This document shows positions 26,213 through 37,250 of a DNA stretch of 64,000 nt, one piece after another. A program made the position numbers and the translations under genes. The DNA is taken from the NCBI RefSeq assembly GCF_006345805.1, contig NC_043017.1, positions 20,212,001 through 20,276,000 of the forward strand, written 5' to 3'. The notes under the pieces are model-generated. The model did no database searches, had not been told where the DNA came from, and was given only the letters and a program-made list of their open reading frames with translations. Position 1 is the first letter of the stretch, and every line of letters begins with the position of its first letter. This stretch comes from Octopus sinensis (Eukaryota).

Positions 26213-26690
26213 TAAACGGCTTTCAATCATTGATCTATTGATCTATTAGAAATACATGTCCCTTGAAATACACTTTTATTCTGAAAATAATGAAGAATTT
26301 TCTAAAATAACTTTGTTGTAATTTAATCTGGTGTTTGGAACATAAATTAACATAAATTAATATAAATTAATGTAAATTAATGTAAATTAACATGGAATTT
26401 TGATGGAAGGTTTTGACATAGTTCACATTTGAACGGGGAATTTGTATTTTAGAACCAGGGTTAGTCTCAGACTTTGTTCTGATTAATTTTTTTTCAACAA
26501 TGAAGAATTTAGTAAAATAATTCTGTCTTACTGAACTGGTGTTTGGAACATAAATAAACAAGAAATTTGGAAGGAAGGTTTTAATCTAGACCTCATTAAA
26601 ACAGGAAGTTTGTGTGTCTTAGAAACAGGGACAGTCTCAGACAGGTTTGTACAAGGAAAGTTTAAATGAATAAAATGAGAACTCAGATCT
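26213..26690. mobile_element. Degenerate piggyBac-MITE-derived sequence with internal duplication
   Basis: Two copies of AATGAAGAATTT..TAAAATAA...TGGTGTTTGGAACATAAAT...GGAAGGTTTT, homologous to the reverse complement of 2952-3172, plus a 10-bp TAAATTAAY(A/G) run at 26342-26391. Confidence 0.55.
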
Positions 26691-27377
26691 ATAGAAATAA
26701 GATGCTACCATTTTGAAGCAACTTTGGTACAAGAATTGAGGAATACTGAAGATAGTAGAATCTTTGGTTCTTTGTTGTTTTGTGGAATTTTTCTTTTTTG
26801 TTTTTGTGTGTGTTCATTCTTTTCTTTTTTTTGCTTATATTGATCTTTAATGCTTTTGTCTTTTTTTTTTTTTTTCTCCCCCTTGTTCATTATTCAATAA
26901 AAGGATGGTCAGAACACAACATCAAGCAAAAATACCAGGAATATTGGCGCGGAAAAAAAATTGATCTCCGTCAATAATACAATAACATCATCAATATGTT
27001 ATTAAGTTTGGTGTTCAATTATGAGCGAATAATTGGTTTAGAGACAAGGCAAAGAATCGCTATTGATGACCAGACCGATTCTGTAACTCCAAGAGATATT
27101 ATGATGGAGAAGAACAACATGGAAGTAGAGAAGAATAACAAAAAAGCAATGATTCTGAAACAGATACAAAGAGGCCTTACATGTTTTTGTTTTAGTGTTT
27201 GTTTTGTTGTAATTGTTAAGGAGGGGCCTCGTCGTTTGTTGTTATATCAACTATATTATGCAATTCCTGAAGGAGGGAGCCCTCTATCATCATCATCATC
27301 ATCATTCGTGGTTGCTTAACCTGCTACCAAGAAATAGCAGCTGAATCTGTTTGTCATAAAGATGCAGGTATGTGTGT

Positions 27378-27965
27378 GTGTGTGGTTAAGAAGTTTGCAT
27401 AACAATCACGTGGTTTTGGGTTTGATCCTACTGTGTGGAACCTTGAGAAAACGTCTTCTAGTCCTGGCTCTAGCACTGGGCTGACTAATGAGTTGTGAAC
27501 GAACTTGATTGACAGAAACTGTGTTAAAACCTATCGTATGCATATATAAAGTTAATCCAAACATGAAAACACAGAGAAACACAACAACGCGAGGACATGT
27601 AACAAGTATAGTATTATTGGACGCTCAAGAAAGAAGGAGGATTTAATGTTTCGAGCGGAGCTCCTCGTCAGAAACATAAGAAAAGGAAGGATCCAAAGAA
27701 GGGAAGACGGCGGAAAAAAAATCACATATATATATATATGCATAAATGTTAAACAGCGTTCAATACCACATAGGCAGATAAATTTTTGTGTTTTCATCCA
27801 AAATGGAGACGAACACCATTCCTCCATGTGATTGGCTTGAAAAATTGTTAAGGTATGAAGATATTTTTCTTAACATAAAACCAATGATAGCCTTAATAAA
27901 CAAATATTTTCCAAGGTAGTGCTCTAGCATGGCTACAGTCAAAATAACTGAAACAAGTAAAAGAA
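27378..27965 (+). mobile_element. Degenerate A-B SINE containing an inverted H1 element
   Basis: A head 27378-27540 and B 3' end about 27850-27965. Confidence 0.6.
27545..27720 (-). mobile_element. H1 element with canonical hammerhead core
   Basis: Minus strand GTTT-CTGACGA-G-GAGC-TCC-GCTC-GAAAC-ATT-AAAT (about 27641-27675). Confidence 0.7.
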
Positions 27966-28039
27966 TATATATATATACACATATATATAGTCAATTCAAA
28001 TAAACTATCAAAAGACAGGAAAAAGAAAAAAGGAAAAAA

Positions 28040-28200
28040 TTGAATGTGAGGACGTGCACCAGAAATATATCAATTTGATGCTTGGTGAAGGGAGAGAGTT
28101 GTTGTTAACATTTCAAGCATAGCTCTTTGTCAGAAACAGGAAAGTCCAAAGAGAATGAAGGAAAAATAAGGAGAAATTGCCTACAGTCTACGTGAACTTG
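28040..28200 (-). mobile_element. Older H1-like element
   Basis: Minus strand GTTT-CTGACAA-A-GAGC-TAT-GCTT-GAAAT-GTTAAC. The core differences from consensus are at CpG positions. Confidence 0.5.
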
Positions 28201-28219
28201 CATATATATACATGTACAT

Positions 28220-28410
28220 ATATATGATAAATTGTTAGCTACTACACGCATTTTTTTTTCTCTCCTTGTTTTTTTTCTGTGTATCTTTCTGTCGAAGAGC
28301 ATAGGCTCGAAACGTAAAAGACTTTTTCTATTCCTGAGCGCTATACTAATACATTTGTTTGTTTGTACTCCACCTGCCTTCGTCTTTTGTTTATTTTCGT
28401 AAACTTTCCC
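28220..28410 (+). mobile_element. H2 element with hammerhead-like motif
   Basis: TCTTT-CTGTCGA-A-GAGC-ATAG-GCTC-GAAAC-GTA-AAAGA at 28284-28321, flanked by (TA)n. Confidence 0.65.
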
Positions 28411-28489
28411 TTTATATGTGTGTATATATAAATATATATATATATATTGGTATATATTTATGTATACATATGTATATATATCTGACACC

Positions 28490-28637
28490 CCTCTCACAGT
28501 TTCTGCCAATCAGATTCCCTCACAGGGCATTGGTCAGCCTGGGGCTGTAGTAAAAAGTACCTGCCCAAGGTGCTGTACTGTGGGACTGAACCCAAAACCA
28601 CATGGTTGCAAAGTGAGCTTCTTAGCCACACAGCCGG
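28490..28637 (-). mobile_element. SINE A head and core
   Basis: GGGACTGAACCC (reverse B box) and GCCCAAGGTG core. Confidence 0.75.
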
Positions 28638-29154
28638 ACCTATTCCTAAATATCATCAAACGCTTACAACACACACAGGCACGAACACATGATTTGGACA
28701 GAAAAGAACTTATCGTATTGAATATGACCATTCATAACTTAGAGGAGATCATAAATGGAATTACCAATTCTTCACAAAACATAAAACTTAGAAAGTCTTT
28801 AATCATATTTTCTTTCTGATTCTTTAACTCTGTAAAATGGTCAATTGTATGGCACTGTTTTGCATTGCTCATTTATTAAAAGACCTAAATTGATGTCTCG
28901 TATATTTATGTCTCCATACAACTGTCTCTCTCTCTATATATAAATATACACATAATCATCTCGTATATGTACATTTGTATGTATATATGTATATGTGTGT
29001 GTGTGTGTTTGTGTGCATGTATATACACACATATGTATATATGTATAAGTATATATACTCATATATGTATAGTTACTTTTACACATTTACACACATATAT
29101 AACATATAAACACACAGATATATATTTTCTTCTACAAATTCATATACGTATGTG

Positions 29155-29196
<42 letters not shown>

Positions 29197-29226
29197 TATA
29201 TATATGTATGTAGATACGCACACATA

Positions 29227-29266
<40 letters not shown>

Positions 29267-29307
29267 ATACGTATACACACACGCATATATACAGTATGCA
29301 TACATTT

Positions 29308-29340
<33 letters not shown>

Positions 29341-29443
29341 CACAACACCCACTCTTTTTCTTAAATGTACAAGCATATTGATGGATATATCTTCAGAATT
29401 GTATACACAGACTCTTAAATTAATATATTTCTTTCTGGTTAGA

Positions 29444-29474
<31 letters not shown>

Positions 29475-29552
29475 ACACACACAGAAAACCACTCCATTTT
29501 CCAATTTACATAAACACGTTTCATCTCTTTGAATCTTTACTCTCTCTCTTTG

Positions 29553-29589
<37 letters not shown>

Positions 29590-29849
29590 TTGTACATGTG
29601 TAATGTCTGCTCCGAAGACAAGACATCTGTGAATTAATTTAACTAATTAGATCTATGTCTACACAGTTGTTTTCATTAGTGTTGAGGACACAGAGTTTGC
29701 ATTATTAAAATTCCTACAGTCCGTCTTACAATTGACGATGCATTAATTAGTCGATCATATTAATCTGCTGCAGTGCTTCAAGCAGGCGTTTACAATACAT
29801 GTAACACATCTCCATTATTTGTCATGAAAGACCCTTTCTGCATTTCCCT

Positions 29850-29949
29850 NNNNNNNNNNNNNNNNNNNNNNNNNNNNNNNNNNNNNNNNNNNNNNNNNNN
29901 NNNNNNNNNNNNNNNNNNNNNNNNNNNNNNNNNNNNNNNNNNNNNNNNN
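29850..29949. other. Assembly gap (100 N)
   Basis: Run of exactly 100 N, the usual placeholder for a gap of unknown size. Confidence 0.99.
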
Positions 29950-30064
29950 GAAATGAAGTACGGAATAGGAAGTACAGAGATTAAATAGGGAATATGAAAT
30001 GAAGTATCTTGCTCAAGGACAGTATACTGCTTGTATACTGGTCGCATCCATTGACTAAAATGAG

Positions 30065-30560
30065 CAAGTAAAAAGCACCATCCGAACGTGGCCGATGCAA
30101 GAGTCACCTTGACCGGCTTCCGTGCTCGTGGCATGTAAAAAGCACCCACTACACTCTCAGAGTGGTTGGTGTTAGGAAGGGCATCCAGCTGTAGAAACAC
30201 TGCCAGATCAGACTGCAGCCTGATGCAGACTCCTGGCTTACCAGACCTCAGTTAAACCTTTTTCTTTACTACCCACAAGGGGCTAAACACAGAGAGGACA
30301 AACAAGGATAGACAAACAGATTAAGTCGATTACATCAACCCCACTGCATAACTGGTACTTAATTTATCGACCCCGAAAGGATGAAAGGCAAAGTTGACCT
30401 CAGCGGAATTTGAACTCAGAACGTAACGGCAGACGAAATACGGCTACGCATTTCGCCCGGCGTGCTAACGGTTCTGCCAGCTCGCCGCCTTAAACCTCAG
30501 TTAAACCGTCCAACCCATGCCAGCATGGAAAACAGACGTTGAACAATGATGATGCTGATG
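30065..30560 (+). mobile_element. D-module copy split by a nested C1 SINE
   Basis: The D tail resumes after the insertion at the duplicated ACCTCAGTTAAACC. Confidence 0.85.
30259..30493 (-). mobile_element. Full-length C1 SINE with 14-bp TSD
   Basis: ACCTCAGTTAAACC at 30245-30258 and 30494-30507. Confidence 0.92.
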
Positions 30561-31854
30561 ATAATAATCAACCATTAGCAGTTTCTTCAGATTCTAGAAT
30601 TCACCATGAAGTTGAATGCAACCCCACTAGAACAACAAGAACCAACCCTTAATTCTTCTTTAACATTGAACGTTTTAGAACAAACCCAATTAATGTCTGA
30701 AGGAATGAGTGTGGCTGTGTTTATTAAGAAGTGCTTTTCTCTTTTGATGCCTGCCATCTTGGGTTTCTTTAAATGACCATTCTTAGCTCAAATAGGCTGA
30801 TGGGCATTCTTTGTTTAGGTCTGGTCAGTTCTTTGTGGCTCTTTAGTTTCAACGGAATCTAACTGACCGTTTAGCATTTGGCTGGCCATCCGTGACGGAT
30901 TCTTTTATGATAAAGTCAAGATATTGTTGTTGTTGCCATCATCATTATCATCAATGTCATCAACAACATTTTCTTTCTCTTTCTCCTCCTTATCATCATC
31001 ATCATCACTACTATTATCTCATCAGCATAATTAACATCGTAACATCAGTATGATGACAGTAAGAACTACTTTTACATCTACTCTTTGATGATGACGATGA
31101 TGATGATGAATACGACGATGATGACAATGATGAGGATGCTCAAGAGTATGATGATGATGATGGTGATGGAGGTAGTAATGGTGGCCACAGTTATGATGAT
31201 AATGATGATACTGATGATGATGATGATAATGATAATGATGATAATGACATCGATAATAATACTAAGAAGATGATGTTTGTGGAGGTGGGGGTAATGGTCA
31301 TAGTCATGGTGATGATGATGATACTGCTGCTGCTAATGATGATGATGATGATGATCAATACCGTCGTAATGATCTTTGCTCTTCTTTTTTTGATAGCGGT
31401 GTTAATGATGATGATGATGATGATGATGATAACGATGGTGGCGATGATGATTACAACGATGAAGATGATTAGAAGGAAGTCAGTGATGAAATCTAGGATT
31501 TACAAGCAAGGTATGTCTTTAACGAAGAGAATCGTGAAAAACCATAAAAATAAATGGGGAGGCGGGTGGGGTGGAGGGGATTCCTTTTTTTTTTCACAGA
31601 CAGAAGATGGTGAAGGTGGTGGTGGTGGTGGTGAGTGCTGAGACGATGAGAAACGGGGGCAACCGTCTGAAAAGAGAGACAGCAGATAATGCAGTTTTTG
31701 CTCTTGTTTTTGTCGTTGCAGCTGTTGTTGTTGTTCTTGTTGTTGATGTTGATATTGTTGCTGTTGTTGTTTTGCATGTTCTCTTTCACATTGATACAAT
31801 GACAGCGGCTTTTGTTGTGGTGCATTTTACAGGAGGGGGGGAGGTGTGTACCTA

Positions 31855-32630
31855 AATGTGTGTGTGTGTAAGTGTGCATAACACTCTGTGTGTGTGTGTG
31901 TGTTTGCATATGTGTTGGTGTGCATGTTTATGTGTATGCGTATGTGTATGCACGCATGTATATGTGCATGTGCAGGTGTACGAGTGCATATCTGTGTGTA
32001 TAGGTGTATGCCTGAGTGTGCATGTATGTGAGTGCATATTTGCATGTACACATGTGTGTGTGTGCATGCATGTATGTGTGTGTGACTGTGTGTACGTCTG
32101 AGTGAGTATCTGTATGTATGCATCTGTATGTGTGTGTATGCATGTACACATGTGTGTGTGCATGCATGTATGTGTGTGTGTGTGCACATCTGAGTGAGTA
32201 TCTGTATGTATGCATCTGTATATGTGCATGCATGTGTGTGTATGCATCTGAGTGTGTGTGTGTGCATGTACACATGTGTGTGTGTGCATTCATGTATGTC
32301 TGTGTGCACGTCTGAGTGAGTATCTGTATGTATGCATCTATGTGTGTGCATGCATCTGAGTGTGTGTGCATGCATCTGAGTGTGTGTGTGTATGCATGAG
32401 TATGTGTTTATGTGATTATGTATATCTGTGTGTTTGTCTGTGTGCGACAATGTGTGAGCCCATGAGTGTGTATGTGGACATGTATGTGTGTTTGTCTGTG
32501 TATGTACATCTGTGTATGTATGTGTGTGTGTGTGCATGCATGCGTATGTGTGTCTGCATGTGTATGCCTCTGTGTGTGTGCATGCCTCTGTGTGTGTGTG
32601 TGTGTGTGTGCATGTGCTTAGTGAGCTGTT
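31855..32630. repeat. Degenerate TG/TGCA-rich tandem repeat
   Basis: Recurrent TCTGAGTGAGTATCTGTATGTATGCATCT subunits within a (TG)n background. Confidence 0.85.
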
Positions 32631-33134
32631 GTAACATGCACACAGTATGAAATCTTTTGATCTGAACCTAATTGACAGCCCTGCGTATTTGCCAAGATAC
32701 CTGATAGCTTACCAACGAAATTAGTGCAGCAGCAGAGGAAGAGACAAAAACAACAACAACAAAAAAGCAATACAAAAACAAAAACAAAATTATAAAAACA
32801 AATAAATAAATTTATACCCCACCCCCCGCCGCCAAAACCAGAAAAGGTGAGTGAGTCATTCGGTTCAGTAGCTTTCCTCTCTCCCCACCCACATCATCCC
32901 CACCGCCATGGTAGGAGTTGGATAAAGTTATATAAACAGTCTCTATTGGTTACTCTGAGTTTTATTGGTATCGATGATGAAGTGTGTGTGTATGTGTGTC
33001 TGTGTGTGCATGTGTGTGTATCTGTGTATGCCTGTCTGTCGAAGGATTTTTTTTTGGTGGGTGATTTGGTGCTAATTGTTCAGTGCTCAACTAAACGATG
33101 CATATATTTTAGTTTTATCGCTAAAGCAGGACAA

Positions 33135-33514
33135 GTGAGACCGTAACCCGTGGCCTCTACCTGGGATGTAGCCAGTCCGCTTATGCATACCTTTCCGTCT
33201 TGGGACACAAAACTCTACTTGCGAAGACCCGTTGAGGCAAGTGAAATCGAAATCAATCAAAATCAATGGAAATTGTAGTTGTGATACCAGTGCCGGTGGC
33301 ACATAAGAGAACCATCCGAATGTGGCCGTTGCTAGCACTGCCCCCAACTGGCCTCCGTGCCAGTGGCACATAAAAAGCACCAACCGATCATGGCCGTCGC
33401 CAGCCTCATCTGGCACCTGTGCCAGTGACATGTAAAAAGCACACACTACACTCATGGAGTGGTTGGCGTTAGGAAGGGCATCCACCTGTAGAAACACTGC
33501 CAGATCAGACTGGG
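33135..33514 (+). mobile_element. D-module element with the longest upstream segment, 3' end missing
   Basis: About 140-bp upstream segment, about 3 tandem units, tail truncated after GCCAGATCAGACTGG. Confidence 0.75.
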
Positions 33515-33693
33515 GTAATAAAGATTTTAGAAATTTTTACTACCTGTGGCCTAGCATGTAGAAAAATTAGTCAATAGACTATATATTATTCATATAAATG
33601 CAGTGTACATTTAAGCACATAAGAGGCATACGTCATAGGATTCCTTTCAGACTAGAAGGAACAGCTAAAGTCCAAACGACCATTATGGATAAA

Positions 33694-33722
<29 letters not shown>

Positions 33723-33732
<10 letters not shown>

Positions 33733-34010
33733 TAAATTAGAGATAAAACCACTATTAGGCAAATCATACAATGAAAAACTTAAGCCAATACATAAGATTA
33801 ATTAATTTATATTATTTTAAATAAAATAATATAAATTAATTAATCTTATGTATTGGCTTAAGTTTTTCATTGTATGATTTGCCTAATAGTGGTTTTATCT
33901 CTAATTTAATATAATATAATATTTTACTATAAAATTGGATTCAATCCTAAATCTGATTTTTCCCTGTAAGTTTGGATTTATTCCTTAATATTTTATTATT
34001 AATTTATATA
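33723..34010. mobile_element. AT-rich foldback element: perfect palindrome (97-bp arms, 2-nt loop) plus one-sided extension
   Basis: 33723-33819 is the exact reverse complement of 33822-33918. The extension 33919-34010 is homologous to the reverse complement of 58270-58360. Confidence 0.85.
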
Positions 34011-35118
34011 TATATATGTTAAAAGAGTCCTCTTCAGGCCTTTTCGTCTTGCAAGTTGCAGGGTGATGCCACTAGCAATGGAACCACAAAGACAAAACAA
34101 CAACCACAAAAAAATAGTGTATTCTGTAAAGTAGTTGGCATTATGTAAGGAATTGAGCTGGAGAAACCATGATAAAGACACAAATGGTAGAGTACCAGCC
34201 AAGTACTAAAAAGATGATGATGATGATGATGACGACAATGATGATGATGACGACAATGATGATGATGATAATGATGATGATGAAGGCTCAGCTTATATTT
34301 TCTAGACGTTGAATTTAGAAACCTTTTAGTATCAGAGCTGATCTTAATTATAATAATTAAGAGATGAAAATGGTGGAGGGTACTAAATCACTTTCTGATT
34401 TGGTAATGGAGAAATACATTAATCGTTCTAATCCCACCCACTCCTCTCTCCTTTTGTTTATTTTGTTATTTTGTTATTTCTTAATTTTTTTTTTTTTTTT
34501 GAGAAAGACATTTATTGGTAAATGTTGTAGAATTTTTCCCCTTTTTTTTTTTCAGTTTTTCAACTAAAATCTAAAATAGTACTTTGCAAAATGACTGCTT
34601 ATTTGACTTTGGGGTTATTGCTCCCATCTCGTGATTATTTACACATTTATTTTGTAATCCCTTGAATAATTCTGTTGGGAGCAGAATAAGTTTTTAAGCT
34701 AATTTACAGGGCAGAGTGGGGCAGAGAAAGGGTAGAGTAAGGGTGAAGGGGGGGAAGATCAGAGAGTGGGGCTGAGTAGGGGAAGAGAAACAGAGTAAGG
34801 TAGGGCAGGGTGGGTATTACGTTGTTGGGTGGGGTGAGGGTGAGGGGAAAACGGTGCAGGGATGTTATTGGACAGGTGGAGGTGGGGAGTGGAGTAGAAC
34901 TGAAATCTCATTTCTCCTCCCTGTCCCAGAAGAGAAAAAAAGAATTAAAAGAAAAGCAAGAAAAGAAAGTCAGTAATTTTGTTGAAAAAGCATTAAAATG
35001 CAATTTTGCAGTTCAACCCCACATATGCACTGATGCACAACAACAGAATCATCATGCATGCATGTTTACCTGTACACTGTATGTATTAAGCAGTCTGAGA
35101 CAATAAGGAATGGCAAGG

Positions 35119-35159
<41 letters not shown>

Positions 35160-35899
35160 ATGAAGGTGGCTATAAACAATATAAAGCCAAAAAAGAAATA
35201 TTCAATTGTCACTAACTGTGACTGACGGTGTAGGTAGCACCTATATTGCTAGAAATAAGAGCTAAAAGCCCTTAAGGGTGCAAAGAAGCACATGTCTATG
35301 TACCGACAGGGGAGATAACCACCCCACTGCAAGCAAGATCATCATACTGGTCCAGTTTCACTTTCAAATATTTCTAGCAATGTAGGTGCTACCTTGGATT
35401 GTTAGTCACAATTATATATATTATACATATATATGTACATACACACACATATATATTATATACATACATTCATATATATATGTATATCTGCCATAGAACC
35501 TCCCAAAACTTGACACCAATATTTAAGCTTTTCATCCCTAGTAAGATTATCTCTGAAAACAACCAATAATCACTGTAAGTGATCCCAGCAAATTATGAAT
35601 CCACAAACACTTTCCCCTTGACAGGAATGAAGACAACTCAGAAAAATGAGATTAAGATATAAGAAATTCACAAACAAGCATTATAATTATGTATACCCAT
35701 CATCAGCTGCCTAACAGATGTCACTATGATTTCGACATCTGGTCAGTACTATTTAGTCCAGCGATGTCAGCAGCATCAACATATATCTTTATCTCTATAT
35801 AGAAGTGTTTGATGATGAAGGATTCCATAATCTAGCCATCTCTCTTCCTTCCTATCTTCCTTTTGAGTCTTTCTACTTTCACTTGTTTCACACTTTCTT

Positions 35900-36050
35900 T
35901 CTTCCTTCCTTCTTTCTTTCTCTTTTCATTCTTTCTTTCTCCTAATTTTCCCTTCCCTCTTTCTTTCTTTCTTCCTTCATTCTTTCTTTCTCTTTTCATT
36001 CTTTCTTTCTCCTAATTTTCCCTTCCCTCTTTCTTTCTTTCTTCCTTCTC
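35900..36050. repeat. CT-rich tract with a roughly 70-bp direct duplication
   Basis: TTCTTTCTTTCTCTTTTCATTCTTTCTTTCTCCTAATTTTCCCTTCCCTC occurs twice. Confidence 0.8.
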
Positions 36051-36739
36051 TTCTTTCTTTGTTTCTTTCTTTCGTACATTTTTTTCTTTTTTCCTACTTT
36101 CCCCCACTTCCCTTTTTTTGCTTTTAAAAAAATAAATTCTCCAACAAAGCAAGAGGCCACTTAATGTAAGGGACTACAAAGAATTTAAGGTGAAATCAAG
36201 ATGAAAGGAATGGATTGAAACCGGAACCATGTGGTTGTGAAGCAAGCTTCTTACCACACAGCCACACCTATAAGTGCACATGTCTGTGTTTGTGTGCATG
36301 TTTTGCATATGCATGTCTGTTCTTCCTTCCTTCCTCCCACTCATTCTCTCCTTAGTTCCCAGACCTTCTTTCTCTCATTCCTTCCCAAATAGCTTGTTTA
36401 ATTAATTTCTAATCAAAGATCTATGAAACACCAACTCCATAAACATTTATCGTTAACCAACTTTACATCTTTTCAGTGCATGTATATATATGTGTGTATG
36501 CATGTATGCGTGCATGCTTGCATGTTTGTGTGTGTGTGTGTGTGTGTTTGTGTGCAGGTGTATGCCTGTCGTATCATTGTGTATTTGTGTGTATGTATGC
36601 TTTTGTAGGTATACACATACATATGTACATATACGTATGTGTGTATGCATGTGTATACTTGCATATAAGTTTGTATATGTATGTCTCTCTGTAAATGTGT
36701 ATGTGTGTGTATGCAGTTTCTGTGTTTGCATGCATGTGT

Positions 36740-36742
36740 ATG

Positions 36743-36792
<50 letters not shown>

Positions 36793-36800
36793 TATGACAC

Positions 36801-36845
<45 letters not shown>

Positions 36846-36920
36846 TATACATATATATATACACATATATATATACATATATATTAGATATATATATATA
36901 TATATACACACATATTATAT

Positions 36921-36979
<59 letters not shown>

Positions 36980-37077
36980 ATATACACATATATATTATAC
37001 AACATATATATATACCATATAATATATATAGATATATATATATATATATATATATCTACACACATATATATACACAT

Positions 37078-37124
<47 letters not shown>

Positions 37125-37219
37125 CACACATATATATACACATATATATATATACACTATATATATACACATATCTATTATATATATAATATCTATATAT
37201 ATATATATATATAATATAT

Positions 37220-37250
<31 letters not shown>
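36740..37250. repeat. Very long degenerate (TA)n tract
   Basis: About 500 bp almost entirely TA/CA dinucleotides. Confidence 0.95.

Noticed and set aside
26996-27319. 107-aa ORF in non-repeat sequence
   Set aside because: No recognisable motif. It runs into low-complexity and repeat sequence and has no convincing splice sites.
32820-32860. Plus-strand donor AAG|GTGAGT at 32847
   Set aside because: No plausible upstream acceptor or open coding frame, and single donor matches are expected by chance in 64 kb.
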